DNA of 64,000 bases from Candidatus Micrarchaeota archaeon. GTDB lineage: Archaea > Micrarchaeota > Micrarchaeia > Anstonellales > Anstonellaceae. The stretch is from contig JAOAKI010000004.1 of assembly GCA_026413765.1 (NCBI GenBank), forward strand, positions 33,513 through 97,512, given 5' to 3'. Shown piece after piece: positions 28,729 through 37,471 of this stretch (position 1 is its first letter; each line of letters begins with the position of its first letter). Under the pieces are notes generated by a model. That model did no database searches, was not told the DNA's origin, and was given only the letters and a program-made list of their open reading frames with translations. Made by a program: the position numbers and the translations under genes.

Positions 28729-29259
28729 TTACCAGCTCTTTTCATCAATTTTCTTTCTGCTTCTTGCGTCATCAACAATCGAAAGCCAAGAGTCGCCTAT
28801 CTTGGTCAGATAATTGCCAAAAGTCTTGGAAAGAGAAATTATCATCGGGCGGAATTTCCTTTTGCTTTCAACCGCAACCACTGTCTCCCTTTCCACTTTG
28901 ACCATCCCTATCCTTTTCAGCCTCGGCAGGACTCGATTGTAGAAGGTTGCCTTTGAGATTCCTTGCGTTGCCACAAACCTGCCAGTCTCCTCGCCGCTCA
29001 AGCTCAGCTTTTCCAGCAGCAGCTTGAGAAATGCGCATGCGGTCTGATTGTATTTTTGCTGGTATCTTTTCGGAAACACAAAATTCACGACTTCTTCAAG
29101 CGACCAGATGTTTCTTGTAGGGTTCTCGTTGCTGTCCTGGAAAGCTCTCAATTCGGGCGAGTTGTGCGGCGGAAGGTAAAAAGAGTCTTTGGAAGGTATC
29201 CCTCTTGACGCAATCATCCGCCCAATTTTTTGCGGCTCTTTGGGGGCATCTTCTTCCAT
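28729..29259 (-). CDS. hypothetical winged-helix protein
   Basis: GEETGRFVATQGISKATFYNRVLPRLKRIGMVKVE resembles wHTH; no other motif. Confidence 0.35.
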   Translation of the reverse strand: MEEDAPKEPQKIGRMIASRGIPSKDSFYLPPHNSPELRAFQDSNENPTRNIWSLEEVVNFVFPKRYQQKYNQTACAFLKLLLEKLSLSGEETGRFVATQGISKATFYNRVLPRLKRIGMVKVERETVVAVESKRKFRPMIISLSKTFGNYLTKIGDSWLSIVDDARSRKKIDEKSW

Positions 29260-29299
29260 CGGAAACCAATTGCGCGCTCATCTTTTAAATCCATTTCAT

Positions 29300-30727
29300 T
29301 TACCTCAAAACCCATGGGAACAGGTTGAGCAAGAAAGCCGCAATAACAATGAAAACTATCGCATTCTGCACGAGCTTGTCTCTTATTGCAGTCCTCATTA
29401 TATGGTAGCCGTCAAAGAGAGGGATTGGGACAAGATTCATCGCGGCAATTACAAAATTGAGAGCAAATGCAAGCAAGAGGAATTTCAAAACTGAAGCTAT
29501 CCATTCAAAGGATGGCGCATAACGGATTGCCCCCTCTATGCCCTTCTTGTCTGCACGCACATAGGTTATTCCAAGGCTGCCTTTGGAATCAGTTTTCTTC
29601 TTGAAGACGCCGTGGCTTGTCTTTATTGTGTATACGGTCTCCGGCTTCAATTTCATCCCAAGAAGGGTGGCGACAGGCTTTCCGTTTATTTCTTGCACAA
29701 CCGCGCCCGCAGGTATCACTCCATCGCTTTTCTCAACATAAATCCCGCTTATCCGAAAAGGGTCGGTTGCTAAATGGGCGATGAAAAACACGCCTAAAAA
29801 TGCAACCGAAGCCAAGAAATTGCCGGCAACTCCTGCAACCAGCACTGAGTTTTGGCTCTCTTTTTTCTCTTTGAACAACTTTTTTTCGTCAACATCGACA
29901 AAAGCCCCAACAGGCAAAAAGCCAAACATCGCCACTCCTGCGGATTTTATCGGCATCCTGTGCCTTGCGGCAAGAATCCCGTGCATTCCCTCATGCACCA
30001 CTAAAACAACCACTAGCGCAGCAATCCCTTCAAAAAAAGGCAAGTTTATCCCAGGAATTATCGGCGTCCCTCCTGGGGCAGTGGCTGCAAGATGGGCGTG
30101 ATCGCCCAACAAAGCACTGATTATCGACCAGCCTACATTTATGCCATATACCACTATGCTTACTGTCGTAAGAAGCGCAATGCCGCCAAGGATGAGTAAA
30201 ATGAAGAACAGTTGCCTGCTGTACTCGAATTGCTCAACTGTTTGGCTCATTCTGGTCTTTGCGGTGCTGAATTCCTCTCCGCCGCTGAGCATCGAAAGCA
30301 AAGCTGCAATTGCAAGAGGCGCAATGAAGGTGGAAATCGTCACCAGCAACACAGTTCCGATGCCATAGACCGTCAAAAAATGTTTCAGATTTGCCTCTTT
30401 CTTCCCCATCAAAAAATGCGCAAAAGAGCCATATCCAATCACCATGCCTATTTCTGCAACTGTCTGCCACAGCTTGTGTTTTGAAAGGTGCTCTATCTCT
30501 CTTAGCCCCCACTTGCTGCGCAGCAAAAAAAGCCCGCCCCACCCTTCCAGCCCATATGCAGTGGCAATTATCAGGCCGCATATCGAAAGGATGATGACGC
30601 TTGCCAAGAACTTTACAGTCGCAGAAAGCGGCGATTGGATGACAAGAAGAAAAGCAACCAGTGCGGCAACAACAGAGGCTAGCGCAAATGCCGCCTTTGT
30701 TGTAGTTTCTGCGCACATGCCATTCAT
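29300..30727 (-). CDS. site-2 protease (M50 family) with PDZ domain
   Basis: HExxH in TM helix (VVLVVHEGMHGILA), PDZ-like GAVVQEINGKPVATL, C-terminal LVPIPLFDGYH (LDG motif). Confidence 0.8.
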   Translation of the reverse strand: MNGMCAETTTKAAFALASVVAALVAFLLVIQSPLSATVKFLASVIILSICGLIIATAYGLEGWGGLFLLRSKWGLREIEHLSKHKLWQTVAEIGMVIGYGSFAHFLMGKKEANLKHFLTVYGIGTVLLVTISTFIAPLAIAALLSMLSGGEEFSTAKTRMSQTVEQFEYSRQLFFILLILGGIALLTTVSIVVYGINVGWSIISALLGDHAHLAATAPGGTPIIPGINLPFFEGIAALVVVLVVHEGMHGILAARHRMPIKSAGVAMFGFLPVGAFVDVDEKKLFKEKKESQNSVLVAGVAGNFLASVAFLGVFFIAHLATDPFRISGIYVEKSDGVIPAGAVVQEINGKPVATLLGMKLKPETVYTIKTSHGVFKKKTDSKGSLGITYVRADKKGIEGAIRYAPSFEWIASVLKFLLLAFALNFVIAAMNLVPIPLFDGYHIMRTAIRDKLVQNAIVFIVIAAFLLNLFPWVLR

Positions 30728-30777
30728 GCCTCAGCAAAACAATAAAAAACGTATGTTGGATTTTGTAATTGGTTACT

Positions 30778-31227
30778 ATGGAATGCGAAATATGCGGGCA
30801 AGAAGGTGCGCCCTATCTTGTTTTGGTTGAAGGCGCAAAACTGAGGGTGTGCCGCGAATGCAGCCTTTCGGGAAAGATAATTTATGCCCCTCCGGAGCCG
30901 GCAAGGCAAGCAGAGCAAACCGCCTTTGCCAAAGAAGAAGTTGAAATAGTCGACGGCTATGGCAAATTGATCATGGAGGCGCGCAAAAAGCTTGGCATAC
31001 CTCTTGAGGTGCTGGCTGAAAAAATAAATGAAAAAGCTTCTTTTCTTGAGCGCATCGAGCACGAAAAGACACTGCCAAACGAGAAGCTTTGCAGAAAACT
31101 GGAAAAAGAGCTTGGCATAACGCTTCTTGTCAGCTCAACTGAAGCTGCTTCGGCAGGGGGCCAAGTTAGGCAAAAAGAGCTCACCTTGGGCGACATAATC
31201 GAAATAGAGCATAAGAAAAAGAAATAG
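30778..31227 (+). CDS. archaeal multiprotein bridging factor 1 (aMBF1): N-terminal zinc ribbon + C-terminal XRE-type HTH
   Basis: MECEICGQEGAPYLVLVEGAKLRVCRECS zinc ribbon; HTH LGIPLEVLAEKINEKASFLERIEHEK. Confidence 0.8.
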   Translation: MECEICGQEGAPYLVLVEGAKLRVCRECSLSGKIIYAPPEPARQAEQTAFAKEEVEIVDGYGKLIMEARKKLGIPLEVLAEKINEKASFLERIEHEKTLPNEKLCRKLEKELGITLLVSSTEAASAGGQVRQKELTLGDIIEIEHKKKK

Positions 31228-31235
31228 GTGGAAAT

Positions 31236-32456
31236 TTGTTCAATCAAGTCTTTGCTTCATTGCGCTCTTTCTTAGCAGACCCTTTCAATAGAGTGCTTGT
31301 CATCTTTGCGCTGATTTTGGGAGTAGCTGCTTTGGTGCTTGAGCCATCAGTGGCGCAGCTTCCATCTAGCTCTCCATCGAATGGGACATTTTACCATTTC
31401 TTTTATCTGTCTTCTTGCCCGCATTGCCATGAGCAAATGAATGAGCTTCATCCTGCTTTGCAAAAAGAGTTCAATCTTACTATTGCTTATCATGAGGTTT
31501 CAATGCCAGTAGAAAAAGAGATTTTTGAGTCGGTGCGCAAAAGCGCAGGCTTGTCTGGCTCGGTTCCAACGACGCTTGTCGGCAACAGGACTTTTGTCGG
31601 CTATTCGGACAAAACCGCAAAAGAAATAAAATTGGCAGTAGAAGAGTGCATCAAGTCCGGCTGCTCTGACCCTCTTGCCAATCTGTCAGGAAATCTGACT
31701 CAAAATCAGCAATATGTTTTTGACTTGCCGATTTTAGGGCAGGTCGATGGAAAGACCGCTTCGCTGCCAATTTTGGCAGTCGTGCTTGGCTTGATTGACG
31801 GCTTCAATCCATGCGCAATGTGGGTTCTTGTATACCTGATATCGCTGACGATGACAATGAACGACAGAAAAAGGATTTTCCTGGTTGTTGGCTCGTTTGT
31901 CTTTGCTTCCGGCGTGCTCTATTTCCTGTTCATGACTGCATGGCTTAATGCATTTTTGTTTGTCGGGTATCTGCGGCCAGTGACTGTGCTAGTGGGCACT
32001 GTTGCAATTGTTGGCGGAGTTCTGAACGTGAAGCAGTATTGGGAATCGCGAAAAGAGGGCTTGAAATGCGAAGTTGTCGACCCCAAGCAGCATGCAAAAA
32101 TAGCAAGCCAGGCGCAATCAATCGCAACTGCTCCAATCACGCTCTCACTGCTTTTTTCCATAATTCTGCTTGCTTTCGTAGTCAATTCGGTGGAGTTTGT
32201 ATGCTCTTCAGCAATCCCTGCGGTTTTCACTCAGATTCTTGCATTGCAGAACCTTTCAGCGCTTGAATATTATTTTTACATCCTGCTTTATGACTTCTTT
32301 TTCATGCTGGATGACATGATCATTTTCGGCATGGCAGCATTCACGATTTCCGGCTCGGTTGGCGAAAAATACGCGCAGCTGTGCAAGCTTGCCGGCGGTG
32401 CCCTGCTGGTCTTGCTTGGAGCAATTCTCCTTTTCTTCCCTAAAGCGCTCTGGTAA
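31236..32456 (+). CDS. membrane thiol:disulfide oxidoreductase: thioredoxin-like domain (CPHC) fused to DsbD/CcdA-like transmembrane domain
   Basis: N-terminal TM, thioredoxin-fold segment with CPHCHEQ, then multi-TM domain with GFNPC motif typical of CcdA/DsbD; TTG start per ORF track. Confidence 0.5.
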   Translation: MFNQVFASLRSFLADPFNRVLVIFALILGVAALVLEPSVAQLPSSSPSNGTFYHFFYLSSCPHCHEQMNELHPALQKEFNLTIAYHEVSMPVEKEIFESVRKSAGLSGSVPTTLVGNRTFVGYSDKTAKEIKLAVEECIKSGCSDPLANLSGNLTQNQQYVFDLPILGQVDGKTASLPILAVVLGLIDGFNPCAMWVLVYLISLTMTMNDRKRIFLVVGSFVFASGVLYFLFMTAWLNAFLFVGYLRPVTVLVGTVAIVGGVLNVKQYWESRKEGLKCEVVDPKQHAKIASQAQSIATAPITLSLLFSIILLAFVVNSVEFVCSSAIPAVFTQILALQNLSALEYYFYILLYDFFFMLDDMIIFGMAAFTISGSVGEKYAQLCKLAGGALLVLLGAILLFFPKALW

Positions 32457-32497
32457 GCTTTATATTTTTTGCAAAATTTTGTTTAGCAGGTGATCTT

Positions 32498-32833
32498 TTG
32501 GGGTGCTTCATCGTTCCTACAATTGTTGGGATTGGAGTCTATGCCGCACGCAAGAAACTTCCTGCATGGCTGCATTGTGAGTGGCTTTTTGCTATGACAA
32601 TTGGCGGAGCAGTTGGACTGACTGTTGAGCATATCGCCCATGGCGAGATTGTCCCTTGGCCTCCGTTTTTCACAGCCGCATCCAACCCGCAGCAGCTTGC
32701 CGTTCTGCTTGATGAGCTGCTTTATGTAGGGGTTCCAATGGCAATTGCCCTTGTTTTAGCATGGTTGACTCTAGTGGTCGCATACAACATCTTCTCATCC
32801 AAAAAGCCAGTAAAGCAATTCGTTGGGAGCTGA
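32498..32833 (+). CDS. small membrane protein, hypothetical
   Basis: three hydrophobic helices; non-ATG start likely. Confidence 0.3.
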   Translation: MGCFIVPTIVGIGVYAARKKLPAWLHCEWLFAMTIGGAVGLTVEHIAHGEIVPWPPFFTAASNPQQLAVLLDELLYVGVPMAIALVLAWLTLVVAYNIFSSKKPVKQFVGS

Positions 32834-33143
32834 TTTCATGTGGCTTGTCCCAATCCTGGGCGCTGCTGCCATCTCTTTTTTGCTGTTTGCCCTTTTGCCA
32901 CAACAGCGCAAGAGATACCGCCTGGGTCTACTTTCTTTAATGCTTTTTGGGCTTTCTTTGCTGGTTTTTGCCGACAAATTTTTCAGCATGCAGCCTGGCG
33001 AGCCTTTCCTCGAAGAAAAAACAGATGGGATTATTGAGAACACATTTGTCTTGGGATTACTGATGCTTGCTCCGGTTGTTGCGGTCTGGCTTTTTGCGAC
33101 ATTCACCCAAGCTGGAAAGAAAGTTTTTTCGTTTGATTTCTAA
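32823..33143 (+). CDS. small membrane protein, hypothetical
   Basis: three hydrophobic helices; overlaps previous ORF. Confidence 0.3.
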   Translation: MGADFMWLVPILGAAAISFLLFALLPQQRKRYRLGLLSLMLFGLSLLVFADKFFSMQPGEPFLEEKTDGIIENTFVLGLLMLAPVVAVWLFATFTQAGKKVFSFDF

Positions 33144-33160
33144 GAACGCGCGCGTTCTTA
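33141..33160. promoter_or_regulatory. perfect 20-bp palindrome TAAGAACGCGCGCGTTCTTA followed by A/T run, terminator or operator ahead of the deoxyhypusine synthase gene
   Basis: read directly; perfect dyad with alternating CG core. Confidence 0.4.
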
Positions 33161-33205
33161 TCTGGCCGTTGCATATAAAAAATTTTTTTTCGTATTGCTC
33201 ATATC

Positions 33206-34198
33206 TTGCTGTCCTTGGTGGTATCTATGGCAGGTGAGATTAGCCGATTTATGGAAAGGAATTTCAAGCATTTCAATGCAGCTGCCCTCATGGATGCTGC
33301 AAGGGCATATCGCAAGCACATTGATGAAGGCGGAAAAATGATGTTTGCAATTGCAGGAGCAATGAGCACCGCCGAGCTTGGAATTTCGCTTGCCGAAATG
33401 ATAAGAAAAGGCAAAGTCCACGCCATCTCATGCACAGGAGCAAATTTGGAAGAGGATATTTTCAACCTTGTAGCCCACAAGCACTACAAAAGAATCCCCA
33501 ACTACCGCTATCTGAGCGCAGATGAAGAAAAGAAGCTTTATGAAGAAGGTTACAATAGGGTGACCGACACCTGCATTCCTGAAGAGGAAGCTATGCGAAG
33601 GGTTGAAAGCGCGCTTCTGAAAATATGGCAGAAAGATGAGAAAAAAGGCGTACAGAGGCTGCCTCATGAATCAATGTACGAACTTTTGCTGTCTGGCGAG
33701 CTTGAGCGCTATTATGAAATTGACCCAAAAGACAGCTGGGTGATGGAAGCCGCAAAAAAGAACTTGCCGCTTTTTGTCCCAGGCTGGGAAGACTCAACGC
33801 TTGGCAACATGTTTGTCTCACAATACCTCAAAAAGAATCTTTCCAGCCTCTCGTTTATGAAATCGGGCCTCTTTTACATGGAAGAACTGGTCAAATGGTA
33901 CAAAAAAGAGTCCGCAAAGCACAAAATCGGCTTTTTCCAGATCGGCGGCGGCATTGCCGGGGACTTTCCGATTTGCGTAGTTCCCCTCATCATCCAAGAC
34001 CTCAAAGAAAATGTCCCATTCTGGAGTTATTTCTGCCAGATTTCAGACTCAACGACTAGCTATGGGAGCTATTCGGGTGCAGTCCCAAACGAAAAGATAA
34101 CATGGGGAAAGCTGGATAAAGATACTCCGCGCTTCATCATTGAGTCTGACGCAACAATCGTGGCGCCGTTGATTTTTGCTTATGTGCTTGGATGGTAG
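33206..34198 (+). CDS. dys: deoxyhypusine synthase
   Basis: FAIAGAMSTAELG, GANLEEDIF, GGGIAGDFPI blocks characteristic of DHS; 330 aa. Confidence 0.85.
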   Translation: MLSLVVSMAGEISRFMERNFKHFNAAALMDAARAYRKHIDEGGKMMFAIAGAMSTAELGISLAEMIRKGKVHAISCTGANLEEDIFNLVAHKHYKRIPNYRYLSADEEKKLYEEGYNRVTDTCIPEEEAMRRVESALLKIWQKDEKKGVQRLPHESMYELLLSGELERYYEIDPKDSWVMEAAKKNLPLFVPGWEDSTLGNMFVSQYLKKNLSSLSFMKSGLFYMEELVKWYKKESAKHKIGFFQIGGGIAGDFPICVVPLIIQDLKENVPFWSYFCQISDSTTSYGSYSGAVPNEKITWGKLDKDTPRFIIESDATIVAPLIFAYVLGW

Positions 34199-34231
34199 AT
34201 GATTTAAAACCTGTTTTGAAATGAGTTTTTT

Positions 34232-35257
34232 ATGGGCGTCGATCTTGGGGAAGTCCCAAAAAAACAAGCAACAATCGAGTCGTTAGGTGGAAAAACATTT
34301 GCAGTTGACGCCTACAACACGATTTACCAGTTTCTCTCTTCGATCCGGCAGCCTGACGGAACGCCTCTGAAAGACTTGAATGGGAACCCAACCGGGCACC
34401 TTGCTGGAATCTTTTACCGGAATTGCCGCTTGCTTGAAAACGGAATTCGCCCGATCTATGTTTTTGATGGCCAGCCACCTTCATTCAAGCAGGCAGAATT
34501 GCAGGAAAGAGACATGCGAAAGGCGGAAGCTGAAGCCCGATGGGTTGCTGCACTTGAAAAAGGCGAGCTGGAAGAAGCCCGCAAAGCTGCACAGGCAACT
34601 TCCCGCATTTCACAAAAAATTGTCCAAGAGTCCAAAGAGCTGCTCTCTTTCATGGGCATTCCAGTTGTCCAGGCTCCTTCAGAAGGCGAAGCTCAGGCTG
34701 CTCAGCTTGTTTTGGAAGGCAGCGCAACTGCAGTTGCTTCGCAGGACATGGATTGCCTGCTTTTCGGGGCGCCAACATTGCTCCGAAATCTTTCTTTGGG
34801 CGGAAGAAGAAAATTGCCTGGCAGAGACGAGTGGGTCGAAGTCCAGCCAGAGATTATCGAGCTTTCGGACGTGCTTTCTTTTTTTGGCATAAGCAGACAG
34901 CAGCTCATCTGGGTCGGGCTGCTTGTTGGCACCGACTTTAATGAAGGAATAAAGGGCATAGGGCCGAAGAAAGCCCTCAAGCTGGTGAAAGATGCAAAAA
35001 GCCTTGATGAAGTTTTGCAAAAAATAGGCGCCCGCGATCTTTTGCCGATTTTCGAATCAGCTGAGCGCTTTTTTCTTGACCCTCCAGTGGAAAGAGGGGT
35101 GAAAATAAAGTTCGGAAAATTCGACAAAGATGGGATAGTCGATTTCTTGTGCCGCAAGCACGATTTTTCTGAAGACAGGGTCTTGAAAAGCGCTTTGCTT
35201 GCTGAAAAAAAGCTCAAAGAACGCGCCAGCCAGACAAGGCTAGACAGCTGGAGCTAG
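34232..35257 (+). CDS. fen: flap endonuclease FEN-1
   Basis: N-domain FAVDAYNTIYQFL, I-domain acidic cluster VASQDMDCLLFGAP, H3TH GIGPKKALKL; 341 aa. Confidence 0.9.
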   Translation: MGVDLGEVPKKQATIESLGGKTFAVDAYNTIYQFLSSIRQPDGTPLKDLNGNPTGHLAGIFYRNCRLLENGIRPIYVFDGQPPSFKQAELQERDMRKAEAEARWVAALEKGELEEARKAAQATSRISQKIVQESKELLSFMGIPVVQAPSEGEAQAAQLVLEGSATAVASQDMDCLLFGAPTLLRNLSLGGRRKLPGRDEWVEVQPEIIELSDVLSFFGISRQQLIWVGLLVGTDFNEGIKGIGPKKALKLVKDAKSLDEVLQKIGARDLLPIFESAERFFLDPPVERGVKIKFGKFDKDGIVDFLCRKHDFSEDRVLKSALLAEKKLKERASQTRLDSWS

Positions 35258-35922
35258 CATGGAGTGTTGTCCACCACTTCAACCGTCACTTCCGCATTGT
35301 CTGCCAGTCCAAGCTTTTTGCGCAAATTGAAGGGCGAAATTATCTCAAGAGTCCTCAAACCATGCAAGCTCCTTTCCGGGAAAATTATTGCTCCTGGCAA
35401 TCCGCTGATTGAGCATCGGTATGCATCTATTTTGCCAAATGTTCTTTGCTCACCTTTTTTTCCTGCTTTGAACCCTTCAATCACTATCGGCTCTCTTTCG
35501 CGCAGCTGGAGCCTCTTTTCGATTTCCTCTCCTTCAATTGTTATGTTCAGCGTGCCAGGGTAGGGCTCAAAACACAGCTTCTTCTTGATTTGCTCAAAAT
35601 AGCCTTTCTGCTTGACATAATATGCCCCTTCGCCCAAGCCGCTGGCGACTTTTCCATGAAAGATCAAAGTTGAGCCTTTCAAGAGCTGGTTTATCTCGAC
35701 TATTATCTTTCTTATCTGCTTCAGCGAAGCTTGAGTGACCAAGATGCGCCCTTTTTCTCTTACAATCTGGCCTTCCTTTTCAAGCTCAATCAGTTTCCTA
35801 CTTGCGGTCTGCTGCGAAACGCCGACCGCCTCGGCTATCTGGCCAGTTGTAATTTTTTGAGGCTCTTGGTGCGCGCCCATCTTCAGCAGATATATTAATA
35901 TCTCTGATATCATGTTCATCAA
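35254..35922 (-). CDS. ribK: CTP-dependent riboflavin kinase with N-terminal wHTH domain
   Basis: C-terminal GKVASGLGEGAYYV ... YPGTLNI archaeal RibK signature; N-terminal MarR-like HTH. Confidence 0.75.
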   Translation of the reverse strand: MMNMISEILIYLLKMGAHQEPQKITTGQIAEAVGVSQQTASRKLIELEKEGQIVREKGRILVTQASLKQIRKIIVEINQLLKGSTLIFHGKVASGLGEGAYYVKQKGYFEQIKKKLCFEPYPGTLNITIEGEEIEKRLQLREREPIVIEGFKAGKKGEQRTFGKIDAYRCSISGLPGAIIFPERSLHGLRTLEIISPFNLRKKLGLADNAEVTVEVVDNTPC

Positions 35923-35972
35923 TCTTGATTAGACAATTTATGTTTTAATTCTTTTTGTTGCTTAGTTTCTTC

Positions 35973-36030
35973 GGCCTGTGATGATATGAACAACCGCTGA
36001 TTTATGATGTGGTTAACAGCGGCTGAGGTC
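35973..36030 (+). ncRNA. C/D-box sRNA candidate (C GUGAUGA, D' CUGA, C' UGAUGU, D CUGA; 12-nt guides; terminal stem GGCC/GGUC)
   Basis: box elements at 35978-35984, 35997-36000, 36005-36010, 36023-36026 with canonical 12-nt spacing; intergenic between ribK and ParB-like gene. Confidence 0.5.
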
Positions 36031-36085
36031 ACAAGAGCGCTGGAAGTGTTTTAAATCCATAAGGCTCTTTTTTGTTGGTGCATTT

Positions 36086-36877
36086 ATGCTTGTTGAGGAG
36101 ATTATAGAAAAGCTTCAAATTGTGCCGACCGATAAACTTCGCCCGCATGAAGAAATCATCCCTTACAACTTCCAAAAATTGAGGGAAGCAATGCTTAACA
36201 TGGGCCGTTTGGTGGATCCAATCATAATCGATACAAAAACATTTGTTGTTCTTGACGGCAACCATCGCAGAAAAGTTCTTGAATCTATAAAATGCCCAAA
36301 TGCCGCTTGCCAGCTTGTTGACTATTTTAGCCCCGAAATCACAGTCGGGAGTTGGTTTCCTGTTTCAAAGACTATCCGAATTGAAGATGTTCCATTCAAG
36401 CCAGAGCCGGTTGATTTTGAGGAAGGGCTCAAAGCGCTACAAAACTTGGAAGCAACATTCATGTATGTAAGAAGCGCAAATGGCTCAAAGGAGTGCTTCA
36501 TTTATGATTCGGCCGAGCGCAAGCTTGCAAACGTGATCGCAAACCAGCGTGCCTTCATTTCTGCGCTTGAAGGAAAAGAAGTGCAATATGTCCCAGATGA
36601 CAAAGTTGATGAATACCTTGCAAAGGGCTATTGCGCATTTTACCGGCGCGCCTACACAAAACAAGAGATAATCTCAGAAGCGATGGCAGGCAGAGTGATG
36701 CCCCCAAAAAGCACCCGCCACATGATACCAAACAGAATCATCCGCCTTAATCTCCACCTTGGCTGGCTTGCCGAATCTCAAGAAGTTGCAAAGCAGATGA
36801 TGGATGACATGCTCCGCCGTCGCTTGAACGAAGGCTCGATAAGAAGATACACAGAGACGGTGATTGTTCTTTACTGA
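36086..36877 (+). CDS. ParB-like nuclease / sulfiredoxin-fold domain protein
   Basis: VVLDGNHRRKV (DGxHR ParB/Srx motif) in N-terminal 90 aa; 263 aa. Confidence 0.5.
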   Translation: MLVEEIIEKLQIVPTDKLRPHEEIIPYNFQKLREAMLNMGRLVDPIIIDTKTFVVLDGNHRRKVLESIKCPNAACQLVDYFSPEITVGSWFPVSKTIRIEDVPFKPEPVDFEEGLKALQNLEATFMYVRSANGSKECFIYDSAERKLANVIANQRAFISALEGKEVQYVPDDKVDEYLAKGYCAFYRRAYTKQEIISEAMAGRVMPPKSTRHMIPNRIIRLNLHLGWLAESQEVAKQMMDDMLRRRLNEGSIRRYTETVIVLY

Positions 36878-36892
36878 ATGTGGTTGGTTCGA

Positions 36893-37447
36893 ATGGCTCT
36901 CTTGCAGTCTGAGCAAAAATTGAAGGCTGGGGACCCTGCTCCTGCTTTTTTGCTCAAAGGGGTAGATGGAAAAATGCACTCCTTGCAAGACTATTTTGGT
37001 GCAAAGGCGTTCTTAGTTGTCTTCATGTGCAACCATTGCCCGTATGTCAAGGCAAAATTCTCAAGGCTCAACCAGATTTACGAAAAATACTTTCCTCTTG
37101 GGCTCAAGATGGTTGGAATCAACCCAAACGATGCGCAGCAATATCCTGAGGACTCGTTTGAAAACATGAAAAGAGTAGCGGCTGAGCAAAAGTTCAAGTT
37201 TGATTACCTTTACGATGAAACGCAAGAAGTCGCAAAAGCATACGGCGCGGTCTGCACTCCTGACCCATTCTTGTTTGATTCGCAGTTCAGGCTTGCTTAT
37301 CATGGGAGATTGGATGACGCCCTTTCTCCTGACAAGACTCCAACAAAATTTGAAATGGAGCGCGCAATAGATGCTGTCTTGGCAGGGAAAAAGCCACCCC
37401 ATGATTTCCTCTATTCTCAAGGCTGCTCAATAAAATGGAAAATTTGA
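36893..37447 (+). CDS. thioredoxin-fold redoxin (AhpC/TSA-TlpA-like thiol:disulfide oxidoreductase)
   Basis: CxxC motif FMCNHCPYV in thioredoxin-fold context; ORF track start 36878 overlaps upstream gene stop. Confidence 0.7.
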   Translation: MALLQSEQKLKAGDPAPAFLLKGVDGKMHSLQDYFGAKAFLVVFMCNHCPYVKAKFSRLNQIYEKYFPLGLKMVGINPNDAQQYPEDSFENMKRVAAEQKFKFDYLYDETQEVAKAYGAVCTPDPFLFDSQFRLAYHGRLDDALSPDKTPTKFEMERAIDAVLAGKKPPHDFLYSQGCSIKWKI

Positions 37448-37471
37448 TTTGAATTGCCAGGTTTTCTGAAA

